DNA of 63,459 bases, counting the filler, from Choristocarpus tenellus KU-1152 (lineage: Eukaryota; Protista; Phaeophyceae), in NCBI GenBank assembly GCA_964200185.2. It is 7 parts of 7 records of this genome, joined end to end, with 100 filler letters (N's around TTAATTAATTAA, not from the genome) between each part and the next. Parts side by side here need not be neighbours in the genome. Positions count along the whole stretch, not along the records: positions 39,643 to 60,559 come from CAXNAD020000370.1; positions 60,660 to 63,459 come from CAXNAD020024643.1; 5 more parts are not named here. The stretch is one strand, 5' to 3'. The translations under genes were made by a program, and so were the position numbers. Below, piece after piece: positions 51,471 through 63,459 of the stretch (the first letter of the stretch is position 1; each line of letters opens with the position of its first letter). The notes under the pieces are model-generated. The model saw only the letters and a list, made by a program, of their open reading frames with translations. It did no database searches and was not told the DNA's origin.

Positions 51471-53536
51471 AATTGATTAACGTATTTAACATTTTACGAC
51501 AACTCTTTACCTTTTGGGGGATTTTCCTCACATGTTCATAGTTTTCATTGGTTTTCCCCTGACACTTCTGTAAAATGTGAGAGGGCATAATGATAAAAAT
51601 AATAACAATAACAACAATCACAACAATAGTAGCAGTGCTACTAAATATAGTGGTAACAATATATCTATGTGAGAGAGCCAGTGACAGAGCCAATGACACC
51701 CAGTAGGCAATCTCAAGATTTTTTTATGTGCGGCTAAACTCAGGTGGGTGAGGCTGAGAGAAGTGTCCAATCCATTTCTCTTAACAAACAAAAAAATCCC
51801 CTCTTACCTACTTTATCGACAAATCAAGAGATTTGAGCGATTACATTAATTGTACATGCCCTTCCGATTTCCTGCATTTTACAATCTATCTTCAGAGTCG
51901 AAAGAAAAATGGTATGAATATGTCATGGTGTTGATTTCTTGTACACCAAACAATTACCAGACGCTTGAAACAAACCCTGGAATATCCTGAAACAGTCCAA
52001 GCCCATCTAGTCGCATACGGCAGAGACCACGGACCACAAATGCAGTTGTTGCTATTCTAGCCCGTAGAAGCTCTAGACCCTATCTTCCTGTACACCGAAG
52101 ATGTTCATCATGCAGGTCCACTGCATTAGCATGCATGGTCCTCCAACTTAGAAGGCCAGTTCCCAACGACTTGAAAATGGTTGCAAAGTATCCATACAAC
52201 ACAACGAATCGCACTATGTTCGCAACAACTGTAAGAACTGTGGTGATTATCCGTGCAATAGTTTTGGAATTAATGAGAAGAACGATAGCAAATGGGGAAC
52301 AAATGAAGTGTACAGAAAGTAATAGAAACTCCCTTGTTGACTCCTGGAAGACAAGGAACTCTCCAACGGAAATATCTAGTGGAGCACGGAGCACAACAGG
52401 CATTCCACAAAAACAAAATACGAAAATACAGCAATGCAGTATCGTCGACATTTGGATTTGGGCAATAAACGATCTTGATTTTTTTTGTATCAGAACAAGA
52501 ATTCTACTCGAATTTGGGGTGGGTAGAATTTTTCGTGTTGCATCTTGCCACGATAGGGAATACTAGTCTTTAGAAACGGGTCTAGGTCATCCACTGTTGT
52601 ATATTGACCCGCTCTAGCCATCACCATGACCGTATATCATTTCAACCTGGTCTCCTCCATCGAATTCTCATCATAGATCGACACTTTTTACTATCAGGGA
52701 CATACAGGATCACCGTGAACTCCATCACCTGACCCAAATATTCTGGCATACTAGAATTTTCCCCTTCTTTCTCAAATAAAATTTTCCATCACAAGGGCAT
52801 CTGATATATTGTTTTTGTCAGGACTTGTTCTCATCTGGCATACATGAAACAGTCAAACTCATTGTTCTCCAGAGGAACATTCTTCACCTTTCTTCATGTA
52901 CTGAGGTGGGGGTGAGTTCAAGATCATATTTCAGACTTTCGTTGAACATGACTACTAAAGTGACTACTCCACCCTTTTCCTGCTCGAGAATGACCACCAT
53001 GAGGAAACTCTCCTCGTATATCACCCTGCTGCAAGGTTTCCTTCATCTAGCGCCAATTCCTCCAACCTCATCCCAAACTTCCAAGGCATGATACATACAC
53101 GATGTGAGCTGTTAATAGCTGTGGTTGCGAATCGCGGTGATTCCATTAAAATAATAAAAATGATCGAAATTCAAAATGTAGGGGTTAGATTGGATCGGTC
53201 AATTTTCGCGCGCGTGTTGTGTCCTCTGATGGATTTTCCTTGCACCGGCTCGGCTCATCGTTCGCCTCGCTTCTTATGCTGCACGCACGTTTTCACTCTT
53301 GTGATCTAGTATATACACCCAAAGTTGGTAGCCGATCAGCTATTTTCTCACCAAGTATTTTTTGGAGGACGCTAATGACATGCCAAGTTCAAGCATCGTA
53401 TCACTTCATCTGCCACATACCAGGACCTTTTAGCTTACCGGATTGCCAGACTGGTAGTTGAAATGAGCTTCTGAACACTCACCCCTGTGTACCAAATCGT
53501 ATACTCTATCCAAACACATTGCTTTGCACTATTAGT

Positions 53537-53760
53537 GAGTCAAAGTATACAAATATGTGCAATAGTCGACTTTTTTTACAAATATGCATAGCATATTTTC
53601 TGAATTGCGATGGAAAAGCTTCAAACAATAGAGAAATAAATGCTCTCGAGTCAAACTCAGAACTTCACCCACACAAATGCAGTGGATTGCAAAAGATTGG
53701 AAAACGGACTAAAAATGGAAAAACAGACAAAACTTGGGTACCTCCCGATTACTTTGCCTC
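53537..53760. mobile_element. MITE family G
   Basis: GAGTCAAAGTA ... TACTTTGCCTC; internal ATGCTCTC.AGTCAAACT shared with 49466. Confidence 0.7.
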
Positions 53761-56700
53761 ATCATCGTGCCAAAACAATCCGAATAGTCCCACTACCATG
53801 TAGTATGCTTTCTATGACTAGACTCTGGCCGTACATATTCGGAATATATGTACTCTTCACCCGTCAGGTGTAAGGGCGGAGAGCCGCATTATGGTAGTAG
53901 TACAAGAGGGTGTGGTCCATATCGATCCAACATCTTCCTCTTGTTTTGGATGGATAGATTCAATAATATTTATGAGGCAGAGAGGAAAATGCGTTACAAA
54001 AAGTACACCTGACGTTCCTGTACAAATCCAGATCACGTCTCCCTCACCTTTTGGATGGAAAATTCATTCAGTACTGCTTACGAGGCAGAGAGGTGCAACT
54101 GAGTCACTCAAAACCCACTTCGTCGCTTCTGCGCACCTTTAGCTCCCACAATAACGCACAGACACACACACCGCTACGTTAAGTCCAGCTCGAAACGTTG
54201 GAGTTCGACTGCTCACTCCTTTCCATACTCCCCCAAGATGTGCCACTCTGCTGCCACGGTAACAACAGTCCACGCGCCCAAGTAGCATCTCGCTACTTGC
54301 AAGCAAGCACACCCCTACATACAATAGTTGTATGTCCTTGAGGCGAACACTACTTCCCTTCCTGTTTCATGCAATAGTTTTGAAAGCTGAATATTAAGCA
54401 GCCGTCTTTCCACTTTTCGCTGTGCAGACGCATCGGTATGCTTATGACGCTTGTACCGAAAGTTGTTTAGGGTGGTTTTGCCAAAAGAAAGATGCGTTTT
54501 CAAAAACTTGATTTATTCGTTTGATCGTTAGAGACTCCGCAGGTTACAACACGGCTACAACATTGGCAAACCGTAATTGTTTTGTCAGAGATCCGGTAGA
54601 TAGGTCTCAGATATTGATCCTGATTGAAGTCCCCTCTCAAACCAAGTCAAGCGGATCGTGTATTGAATATTTCACTGCTTGCTATATCTTTGTTCACTAC
54701 AACAACACGCCTAATCAATATATCAAAACTGAGAAGATTCTTCCGATCAATACTCGGAACGAGATCATTGCCTCTTACATGACACATACTACTTTCTACC
54801 TTGGAAGGTTGAAGTCCTTCCTCTCTCTCTCAAACCCAGTCCATTGACACATTAGACTGCTCGCTACATATATCTAGTACATCTGTGCGAAGTAAGAACT
54901 CAAAACAAAGAAAAAGATTCTTCTGTTCGAAAAAAAAAATCGATCGTTCCCTCTTCACGAAAATACGTTTCTCCTGTCATTCAACACGCAAAGTCCTCTC
55001 TCTAAAAGCAAGTCCACTGCTGCATCAGACTCCTCAATGCATCTCTCTAGATAATAGTCAGAACTGACTAAGAACATCCTTCCAGTGTTTGGAAGGAATC
55101 CATTGGTTCCTTACAACACAAATTACCTTGCAACATGAAGTCCTCTCTCAACTCAAATAAAATACCAGTGTAACGGAATATTTTGGTGTAGGTATTTGGA
55201 ATAGATGATAGTCAGAACTGACAATATGCTTCCAATTTACGAAAGGACTATTTCGTCTCCTCAATCCAACTACTCGACCAATCTCGAGCGTCGACGCGTC
55301 GACTCAGCGGCCACGGAAAAATGTCGTAATCACACATCAACCTACAATCCCCCCTCCCTCCCTCTTGCCCCCACCTGGTCATTCGTAACGTTCGTGCCCT
55401 GGTCGAGGCAAGTCAGGGTGTCTGTCCCCACGTTTCAATCGCTCCTCCACGCTTCGCAACACCACTATCGTCTATGTGCCGTAAACGCGCCTTTGACTTG
55501 TCCTATTTTCCAGACGTTACGATTCCACAAGGGAAAGTTTCAATTCGCGGCATAACGATCCTTGTTGTGGGGAGTTCTAGGAGTGTGTTCCATGTGCTTC
55601 AAAGACAGGAGGGCACCTATCCTACGATTCTTCCTTGTCGAACGCCCCACGTCATCCTCTCTCTCGCCTGTCCTCCATTGCCCCTTGTCTTCCTTCTGGA
55701 AGCAGATGGAAAAGGCAAATCGCTGCGGACAAACCAATATAACCAAGAGCCCTACTCGATTCGTCGCAGCTGATTTCTCCGCAACAAGGAGGCTAGCTCC
55801 ATTTCACGAAACTTTCTTTGATTCTCCTCTTCGTCAGAGAATCGTTTGGACTAGCGCCTCGGTCAGTCAACAGCAGGGCACCAGGTGAGTCTCGTGGAGG
55901 CAGCGTCTCAAGGAGTTGGTATTGATCCACCTAAACACTTATCCATAAATCATGCGACTTCTGGTCACTTGACAACGATGTGTTCTTGGTGTGGCATAGG
56001 CCAAGAGGAATAGTACAACTCTCCCTTGCCTTGAGCAGATGTGCCCAAGTTGATTGGCCCATTGCATAAATAGCGCAAGAAGGAATCAAACTCGATTGGT
56101 GTAGAAATCAAACCGTCTTACTGGACCAAAGGACACATTGGACCAGTTTCTTCAACTCTTTTTGTCCTTTTTTCGCATGAGGGTTCTTCCATTTCGAACC
56201 ATTTTTTGGGTATGTGGATCAGGCTTTCAAACATCAATGGGTTTCTTTTGGGAACATTTTGAGGCAACTCAATTGAGACCTAGTCAGGGTTGCATTTTAA
56301 GAATCCCGAGATAGGGTTAAGGGGAGCATCTTGTACAATTCCAGAAACTTCAAAAACTTTGCTGAATTGTGGTGGTGTTACTTTTCTGTGTGGAAAGGGA
56401 GAATATATTTCCTGTGTGCATTATTGTGTACATAAAGGAATGGAATGGAGTGTATTGAAAAGGGTAGGAAAGATGGCCTAGAATGCCAAAGGGCACAAAC
56501 CTGCCTATCTCCCAATTGTTTTGACTCTTTCTCCCATATTTGATGTCTTGACATATATTGTATATCCATTTGTGAATGCTTTGAGGCATATTTTGAGTTA
56601 TGCTTTGAGTTCTTTTCTGAATCAGACGTTTTTGCTGGACTGAGAGACGTTTTCAAGGAAGATAGTTGGTGAGCTTGTCTTGTTTTCTGTGGTATTTTCT

Positions 56701-57499
56701 GGTCCTAGAAATATTTCCCCACCAATATTTCATTATCCAACATTTTCTGTCGGTTTTGAGCACCACTTTCTTAAGCTCCTTGTTGGACTATTTGGACTTA
56801 CCATTTGCTGTGCAAACATTTGTGGTTAAGGAATATCTCCCCTTTGTTTCTGTTGTCAATATTTGTTAAACAAAAGTGATATTATGCCATATCGGTTGTG
56901 TCGGAGGTGGCATCACTGTATGCCATTTGAGATCCGTCCCCAGAACCCGAATTCCTGCAACTTTCAAGTCGTGCCTTGCACCAGATGAAGGCCAGGAGTC
57001 TCAGTGAACTAACCCACTGCAGTATAGCAACCTCCCAATGGACCAATCTACAATTAGTGTACCTGCAGTGATTCACAAAGGAGTTTGTTGATCATTGTGT
57101 AGTCTGATGTTGACTTCCCTATGCGTCTTGTTTTTGGTTAAGTACTGCTTCTATTCTCCAACCTCTTCTCATCGAGGATACACAATCGCACCAGTCCTGG
57201 ACTTGTGTCAACTAGTTTCGCGAACGCCATCTGTTGAGGGTCGACTAATTTTTGTTGCCTTTCAGGTGGTGGCACATGCACATTGAACGGCACGGCGTTT
57301 GAGTGTGGATCCTCCTGCAGTGTGAAGGAGTAAGGAAGGAGGAAGGTGTTGTATAGTTGTAGTAAATCCAGGGAAGGAGCCGTGTGTGCTTCAGAGAGAG
57401 GTTATTCTTCTTTCCCTCTAAGGGTGATATGTTCATACTATCACAAAGAGTGGGCTGGGTGGAATAGTTATAGTGTATACACCATGTCAGCAAATGGTC

Positions 57500-59680
57500 T
57501 GGTAGAGCAATTTGCTGTGGAACTAGATGCAGGGAGGAGGGTATGTAATATTTGGTGAAGTTGTGAATAACTTGTCATAGGACTATACATAGAAAGGAGT
57601 GTATCAAGTGCTGTGTATTTGATTGTTGTGTGAGAGCGTCGTGCTTGTTATGGAATTACGTGCACAGAGGAGTGTACAAAATGTGTTGAGAATAGTGCCA
57701 TTGAGGTTCTGCCGTGGAACTATGTTTGTAGAGGACTGTACAAAACATTTTTGGATAGGATGTGAATATTGTGATTTAGTAGCACTGCATATAGAGAGGA
57801 GTGCACACGATATTTGATGACAGGGTGTGAATAGCAAAATTGTTTTTAGGACCATACAGAGAGTGGAGTGTGTGAAGTATTCAGTAACAGGGTGTGAATA
57901 TCATAGGCACGACGTGTGCAGAGGAGTGTATGTACCACTCTTGGATAGAGGGTGTGCATGAGGTCTGGTTGTATCATTAGATGTGTATTGAGGACTACAT
58001 GGAACGTTCTTGGGAAGGGTGTCAATACCGTGGTTGTTATAGCACTGTGAATAGGGAGGAGTGTGCAAAGTATTTGATGACAGGGCGCGGGCAATGTGTT
58101 CGTTGTAGGGACCACATGTAGAATGGAAAGTAGTGAGTGTTTTGTGATATGGAGTGTATATCACATTTGATCTATGAATATGCATGGAGTACAGTGATTC
58201 AAGTACTCAGGATATGGTTACAAGGTGTGGATATCATGCTTGTTGTGGCCTTACGTGTAGAAAAAGGTGCATGTTACATATTTGGACATAGCATGAACGA
58301 GGTGCTGTTGTGGCATCGCAAGTGTAGACTGTATAAAACAATTTTGGATAGGGTGTGATTATCATGTTTGTTGTAGCACTGCACGTAAGGAGGAGTGTAC
58401 GGAGTATTTGATGACAGGGAGAACATATCATGTATGTTAGAGGAACATACACAGGGAGGAGTGTATGAGGTATTTGATATCAGGGCGTAGATGTCATGCT
58501 TTCTATGGCACCACATGTACAGTGGAGTGTGCAAGGCATCTCTTAGGATAAAGTGTGGATGAGGTTTTATTGGGGGAATAGCTATATGCTGAGGAGATGA
58601 TGAAACCATTTTGGATAGTGTGTGAATATTGCTTTAGTTGTAGCACTATATGCAGGGGGTAGTGTATGAAGAATGTTTTTGATAGGATGTGAATAACGTT
58701 ATTGATATAGGACCATACATAGAGTGGAGTGTATCAAGTACTCCGCATTTAGTGATAGGATGTGAATATCACTTTTGTTATGGCCCTACATGTGCAGAGG
58801 AGGTTATGTGATATTTTTGGACATAGTGTGAATGAGGTTTTGCTTTGGCATTACACGTTTGTAGGGGAACGTATGAAACATTTCTGGACAGGGTGTGAAC
58901 ATCGTCGTTTTGCAGCACTGTGTACTTACAATGTGTGAATATCATGCTTGTTGTGGTACTACATGTAGAGTGGAGTGCATGAAACATTCTTGGACATAGT
59001 GTGAATGATGGTTTGTCTTGGCACCACATGTGTATGAAAATTCCTTGATAGGTTGTTGATGAGAACTGTGCTGTGGAACTAGATATAGGGAGGGGTGTAT
59101 GTTATATATGTTTGCTTGGTGTGAATGACTTGCTTGATACAGGACAATACATAGAGCGGAGCGTATCAAATACTCAGGATATAGTTACAGGGTGTTAATA
59201 TTTTTCTTGTTATGGCACTACATGTACAGAGGAGCGTGTAAGACATTTTTTGTATGATATAGTGTGAATGAGGTTTCGTTTCGGCAACACATGTGTAGGG
59301 GAGTGTATGAAACATTTCTGGACAGGGTGTGAGTATTGTGCTACTGTAGTACTATATGTGAAGTGAATGAAGTATTTGATGATAGGTTGTGAATATCATG
59401 TTTGTTGCTGGACCATAAATAGAGTGGAGTGTGTTAGCATGTGAGATAGTTGGTATGTGGCAACAAGGTGTGGATTTCATGTTGGCTATGTTACTACATG
59501 TATAGAAACGTGCGTGTGACATTTTTGGAGACAGTGTAAATAAAGTTTGTTGTAGCATTACAAGGGTATAGAGGACTATATATAATAGTATGGAAAGGGT
59601 GTTCATGTGGAATTTGCTCTGGGACTAGGTATATAGGATGGAGTGCATATAGCAATTGGTGACATTATTGAATAAAATTG
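57500..59680. repeat. Degenerate ~66-bp satellite (~30 monomers) with higher-order structure
   Basis: GTGTGAAT-like anchors recur every ~60-74 bp; consensus approximately GTGTGAATATCATGCTTGTTGTGGCACTACATGTAGAGTGGAGTGTATGAAACATTTTTGGATAGG. Confidence 0.85.
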
Positions 59681-60559
59681 TTGTTGTAGGTCTAACCATT
59701 GTGTCTCTGTGCAGTTGTTGAGAAACTGATCCTTGTGCACAACCACATTGGTGTTTCTTGCCTCGACTTGCTTTGTGATGTTGGGGTTTGGTGTGTTTTG
59801 ATCAATTGGAAGCGGATGTATGGATGTATGGAATGGGTGTGGTGATAGATGAGAGAAAGTGCTGGACTATTCTACTATCATTTGGAATAGATGCCATGAT
59901 AGATTCAAACAGTACTACATAGAATACAGGATAGTAATGAATTAGAAAGGTGATGGTGTGTCTTGACCTGGAACTTGGGACAAGCATTGGTTGGTAGGAT
60001 ATCAACCAACATTCAACAATATGAGATAATAATGAGTGAATAAAAGTGCAGTATATTAGAAAGACAAAAGTACATCACCCCCATTTTGTACCTTACAAGA
60101 AGGACAATGCTATTGTGCCTGCTTTGGTGGGCCTGCCTGTGATGGTGCTTGGACAAGGAAGGGTAAGTTCTCAGTTGTGCTACGTTATATATATATTTCT
60201 GATCATCTACTTTGGGAACTGTTTTGCAAAACACTATTTGTGTTCTCGCACTTTGAATGGACGATAGTTCAAACGGATTCATGATATGGAAGGCAGAACA
60301 AGAAGACGAAAAATGTACTATAGCAAAATAGAAACGATACGTATGTACATGCATGAAAATCAACAAAGAGCCTAGGAAAGAAGAAAGTAAGGGACACATG
60401 TAAAAACACATCAAGGCACAACAACGGCAAAGAAAGGTCTATTCCAAGACAGTTCTTCCTGTGTGTATTACTGGTTGTGTATAGCAGGCACTACTACTAC
60501 AACATGATACCATCAACCAGGCCTTTCCCAGGAAAAGGACATAAAGTATGTGGGGGGGG

Positions 60560-60659
60560 NNNNNNNNNNNNNNNNNNNNNNNNNNNNNNNNNNNNNNNNN
60601 NNNTTAATTAATTAANNNNNNNNNNNNNNNNNNNNNNNNNNNNNNNNNNNNNNNNNNNN
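60560..60659. other. Artificial contig-join linker
   Basis: Same 100-nt spacer. Confidence 0.97.
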
Positions 60660-60680
60660 CCCTCCCAGATACTTTGAGTC
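60660..60680. mobile_element. MITE family B terminus at contig start
   Basis: CCCAGATACTTTGAGTC. Confidence 0.65.
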
Positions 60681-60928
60681 TTTCCCTTCAGTGTTATTTG
60701 GTCAACTCCTTGTACTTTGCATGAAGCGTTGTGTACTTTCAAGTACTTGGGGCATATGATACACCTCCCTGCAATATATTTTATACAAACTAGACATTAT
60801 GACAGAGTAATTGTTTGTAGTCGGCTTCTCTCTCACATGAGATGTGAATGTTTTCCCCTGCAAATTCCATATATATTCTATAACGTTTGATATTGTTGAT
60901 TGCACACTATGTTGCCGTTCTTCTGCAG

Positions 60929-63023
60929 CTAGAGATACTGGCTCGCCAAAGAATAGATATGGAAGAACTAGCCAAGGAGCGGAGGAGACTGGAGGAGGAA
61001 CAGGTGTGGTACATGCCTAATACACTCAATATATCTATATTGAGCTCTTGATCTTCGGCAGAATGAATTGTTGCAGGCCTTATGGTGGCTGCTTGCATTT
61101 GTTCTACCCAAGTATTGAGTACTCCGAGTGCTGCTTCATACTCGATACGTTCCGAGCATCAGAGACATGGAAGTATCTTGGACTGTAATAAGGTCTTATT
61201 GGAGCACTATTCAGACCAAGCAGAATTCAAGTAGCATTCAAAAGGGTATAGATGCAGTGGCAAGTAGAACCTGACTTACGACAGTTCATTAAAGGATGAG
61301 GGATATATTTTGGGAAATACGAGAGTAGTTCTGAGTAGTGCAGGAGCCAAAGTATCTTAGAGGGTAGAGCTGTGTCCATTTGGGGGTCAAAATCCAATGT
61401 TGCGATTTTGATGTAATTTTGGCTATCATGTTTATAAGGAAGTGTGAATATCCTTGTTCTGGACACACCTTTTCAAAACATATATATTTTACCTACTCCG
61501 AAATATTTTGGAGTAGGAAAATGTCAGAAAACCCCCGAGGGAAGCCAAGTCCCAAATGGACAAACAGGGAAAAACCTGTACCCTCTAAGATGAGTTCACT
61601 CCAGTGATGTCATGGCTCTATCAATTGGCATAAGGAATGCTTATCTCTTATGTTCCTACACAGGTGACCCGTCTGAGGCAACTAGATGAAATCAAGAAAG
61701 AGGTGGAGCAAAGGCATTCAAAAAGGGAGGATCAATTCAGGCATATTATGGGGTGTGCAAAACACCTGCAAGAACATGTACCAGATGGCACCGGTGTGGT
61801 ATCCCTTGTCCATTACTGTGTGCTTGGTAGTATAGCGGTCTCCTTCTCGTTTTTCCACTCCAACCCATCCTTGTGTCGGTTCGGATAAGGGTTATTACTT
61901 GTAGTACTTGTGTAATCTTTATAAAACATTTGAAACATTTTCCAGCAGTAGTACACTGATGTTGATCTTGCAGTTAGGAATGGACAAGACACATCAAGAA
62001 CAGGGGATGAGGTGCTGAGAGTGAAAGTATCTTAGAGGGTACAATTTTTGCCTTGTTCGTCCATTTGGGACTTAGCTTCCCAAGGCTTCTTTTATGACAT
62101 TTTCCTACTCCAAAATGGTTCGGAGTAGGTAAAATGTATACGTTATGAAAAAGTGTTTCTGACACATAGGTATTGACACTTCCTAACAAACACGATGGCC
62201 AAAATTACATCAAATCGCAACATTGTATTTTCACCCCCAAATGGACATGGCTCTACCCTCTAAGATACTTTGGCTCCTGACAATGCCCCAACCTACACGT
62301 AATAAAAATAAAGGTTCATTATGCATAGGTTTGGGGTTTATAGGTGGTAATCCCAGTCCAGGGCAACAGTTGCATTGGTCTCTGTCCTTCATGACTAATT
62401 GAAAAGGGAGGTCCATCTTTGTTTGGTAGGCAACAGGTGCATGTATCTTGTGATGAGTCTTGCAACAATAAAGTTGATGAGGGGCTACTTTAATACAATA
62501 TGCAAAAGCAGAGCTGTGAAGATTAAATTTGTTATTGTCTTGGGAAGGCCAATAAACACACTTGCGACATTTGCAATCAGTCATAGTACCTGTTTCCAAT
62601 CTCTATAGTTGATTCCATTGGAGTAATTCAGAAGACTTACACATCACAAGTGTATATCTTGTGAAGCTCTCATGCAAGACTTCCTCCAGGTGCTCATCAC
62701 CTTCCCACTTCTCAAGCAAATGGGATTTCAATCAACATTAATGTGATAACTAAAATCGTGTCATGTACCACTTGGAATCGAATTACGAATATCTGTACCA
62801 TTTGTCAGTTGGAGCCTTGAAACATGAAACCCCAACCCTAGCCCTAATCTGATGTCCTTGTTGCTCTGTGTATTCCGTGCACCATGTCTACATGTCGGAA
62901 AGACCCAGTATCCCTAACCATCAACAACCAAGATGATGACAGGGAAGAAATATTGGAGAACAATAGAGGAGTGAGAGCTGATCTCGGACGAATATTGGAA
63001 GGAGTTGAGGTCATGAGACAAAG
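60929..63023 (+). CDS. Internal exons of an unknown coiled-coil protein (60929-61003, 61664-61740 or 61793, 62933 or 62943-63023)
   Basis: LEILARQRIDMEELAKERRRLEEEQ|VTRLRQLDEIKKEVEQRHSKREDQFR...EEILENNRGVRADLGRILEGVEVMRQR; CAG/GT phase-0 first junction. Confidence 0.6.
61344..61601. mobile_element. MITE family A, full length, inverted, CAG flanks
   Basis: GAGCCAAAGTATCTTAGAGGGTA ... TACCCTCTAAGATGAGTTCACTC. Confidence 0.9.
62019..62276. mobile_element. MITE family A, full length, CTGA flanks
   Basis: GAGTGAAAGTATCTTAGAGGGTA ... TACCCTCTAAGATACTTTGGCTC. Confidence 0.9.
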
Positions 63024-63432
63024 GTCAGCCTTAATCCGAATTAAGCAAAACTTAAGTATATCTAAATTCTGCTATTCTGTATCGTTAAGTCTAGACCTTG
63101 TGTGCAATGTCCACTCCAAATGCTGAGGGCTGGGATTAGACATCTATAGTTATCTTGTCACACACTGAACCTCAGCATTATCTACCCTGACCAAAATTTC
63201 AGAAAGATGCAGGAAGGCAAAAGGAAGCACCAAAGGCTTTGCCTAGACCTTGACCTCCAAAGCGCCAGTTTGTCCCAAGCACAACAGGAGCTCATTAATA
63301 AGAAAAGAAAGGTGCTGGTGTGCTTATCATAGGACATCCCAGATCGGTTTGATTTTACAACTTCCAGGTTGAATACTTGAAAATTAGCTGGGTTTTACAT
63401 CTGTACAAAATGTAAATGAGCATCTTCTTTGT

Positions 63433-63459
63433 GACCCAAAGTATCTGGGAGGGGGGGGG
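63433..63459. mobile_element. MITE family B terminus at window end
   Basis: GACCCAAAGTATCTGGGAG+G-tract. Confidence 0.7.

Noticed and set aside
52080-52451. Hydrophobic 123-aa minus-strand ORF as a membrane protein
   Set aside because: No clear splice context or family motif, and the flanking frames contain stops.
57500-59680. FNIP or other 22-aa repeat protein
   Set aside because: No frame of the consensus resembles FNIP/LRR; actual frames are interrupted and unit lengths vary.
3422-60659. Six identical TTAATTAATTAA motifs as a biological repeat or array
   Set aside because: Each is centred in an exact 100-nt N block, which marks an assembly concatenation spacer.
1-63459. CRISPR array or prokaryotic operon
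   Set aside because: No identical short repeats with unique spacers and no cas-like ORFs; the genes are intron-containing.

Overview
This is eukaryotic nuclear DNA, not a prokaryotic replicon. It has multi-exon genes with GT-AG introns, MITEs, decayed retroelements and interstitial TTAGGG. A brown-alga-like stramenopile is my guess, by inference only. The window is seven separate contigs joined by artificial 100-nt linkers (N44-TTAATTAATTAA-N44), so adjacency across a linker means nothing. Supported genes: a complete 3-exon CPA2 cation/H+ antiporter (15049->10013), head-to-head with a 3'-truncated 11-exon protein carrying four EF-hands and RCC1-like motifs (15299->23589); a 3'-truncated EamA/DMT-type transporter; a tRNA-Thr(UGU); and three weaker exon chains. 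Four MITE families share a G-R-S-Y-CAAAGTA-like terminus but show either 3-bp or 4-bp target duplications. The standout is 35041-35816. It is an element with 104-bp TIRs and a TTAG target duplication. Its 568-bp interior is a mosaic of apparently bacterial mobile DNA: group IIC intron ribozyme domains, a piece of group II intron reverse transcriptase, and an open IS1634-like transposase fragment. A cargo-free foldback copy of the same element lies at 37266-37448. All family assignments come from my recognition of motifs; no database searches were run.
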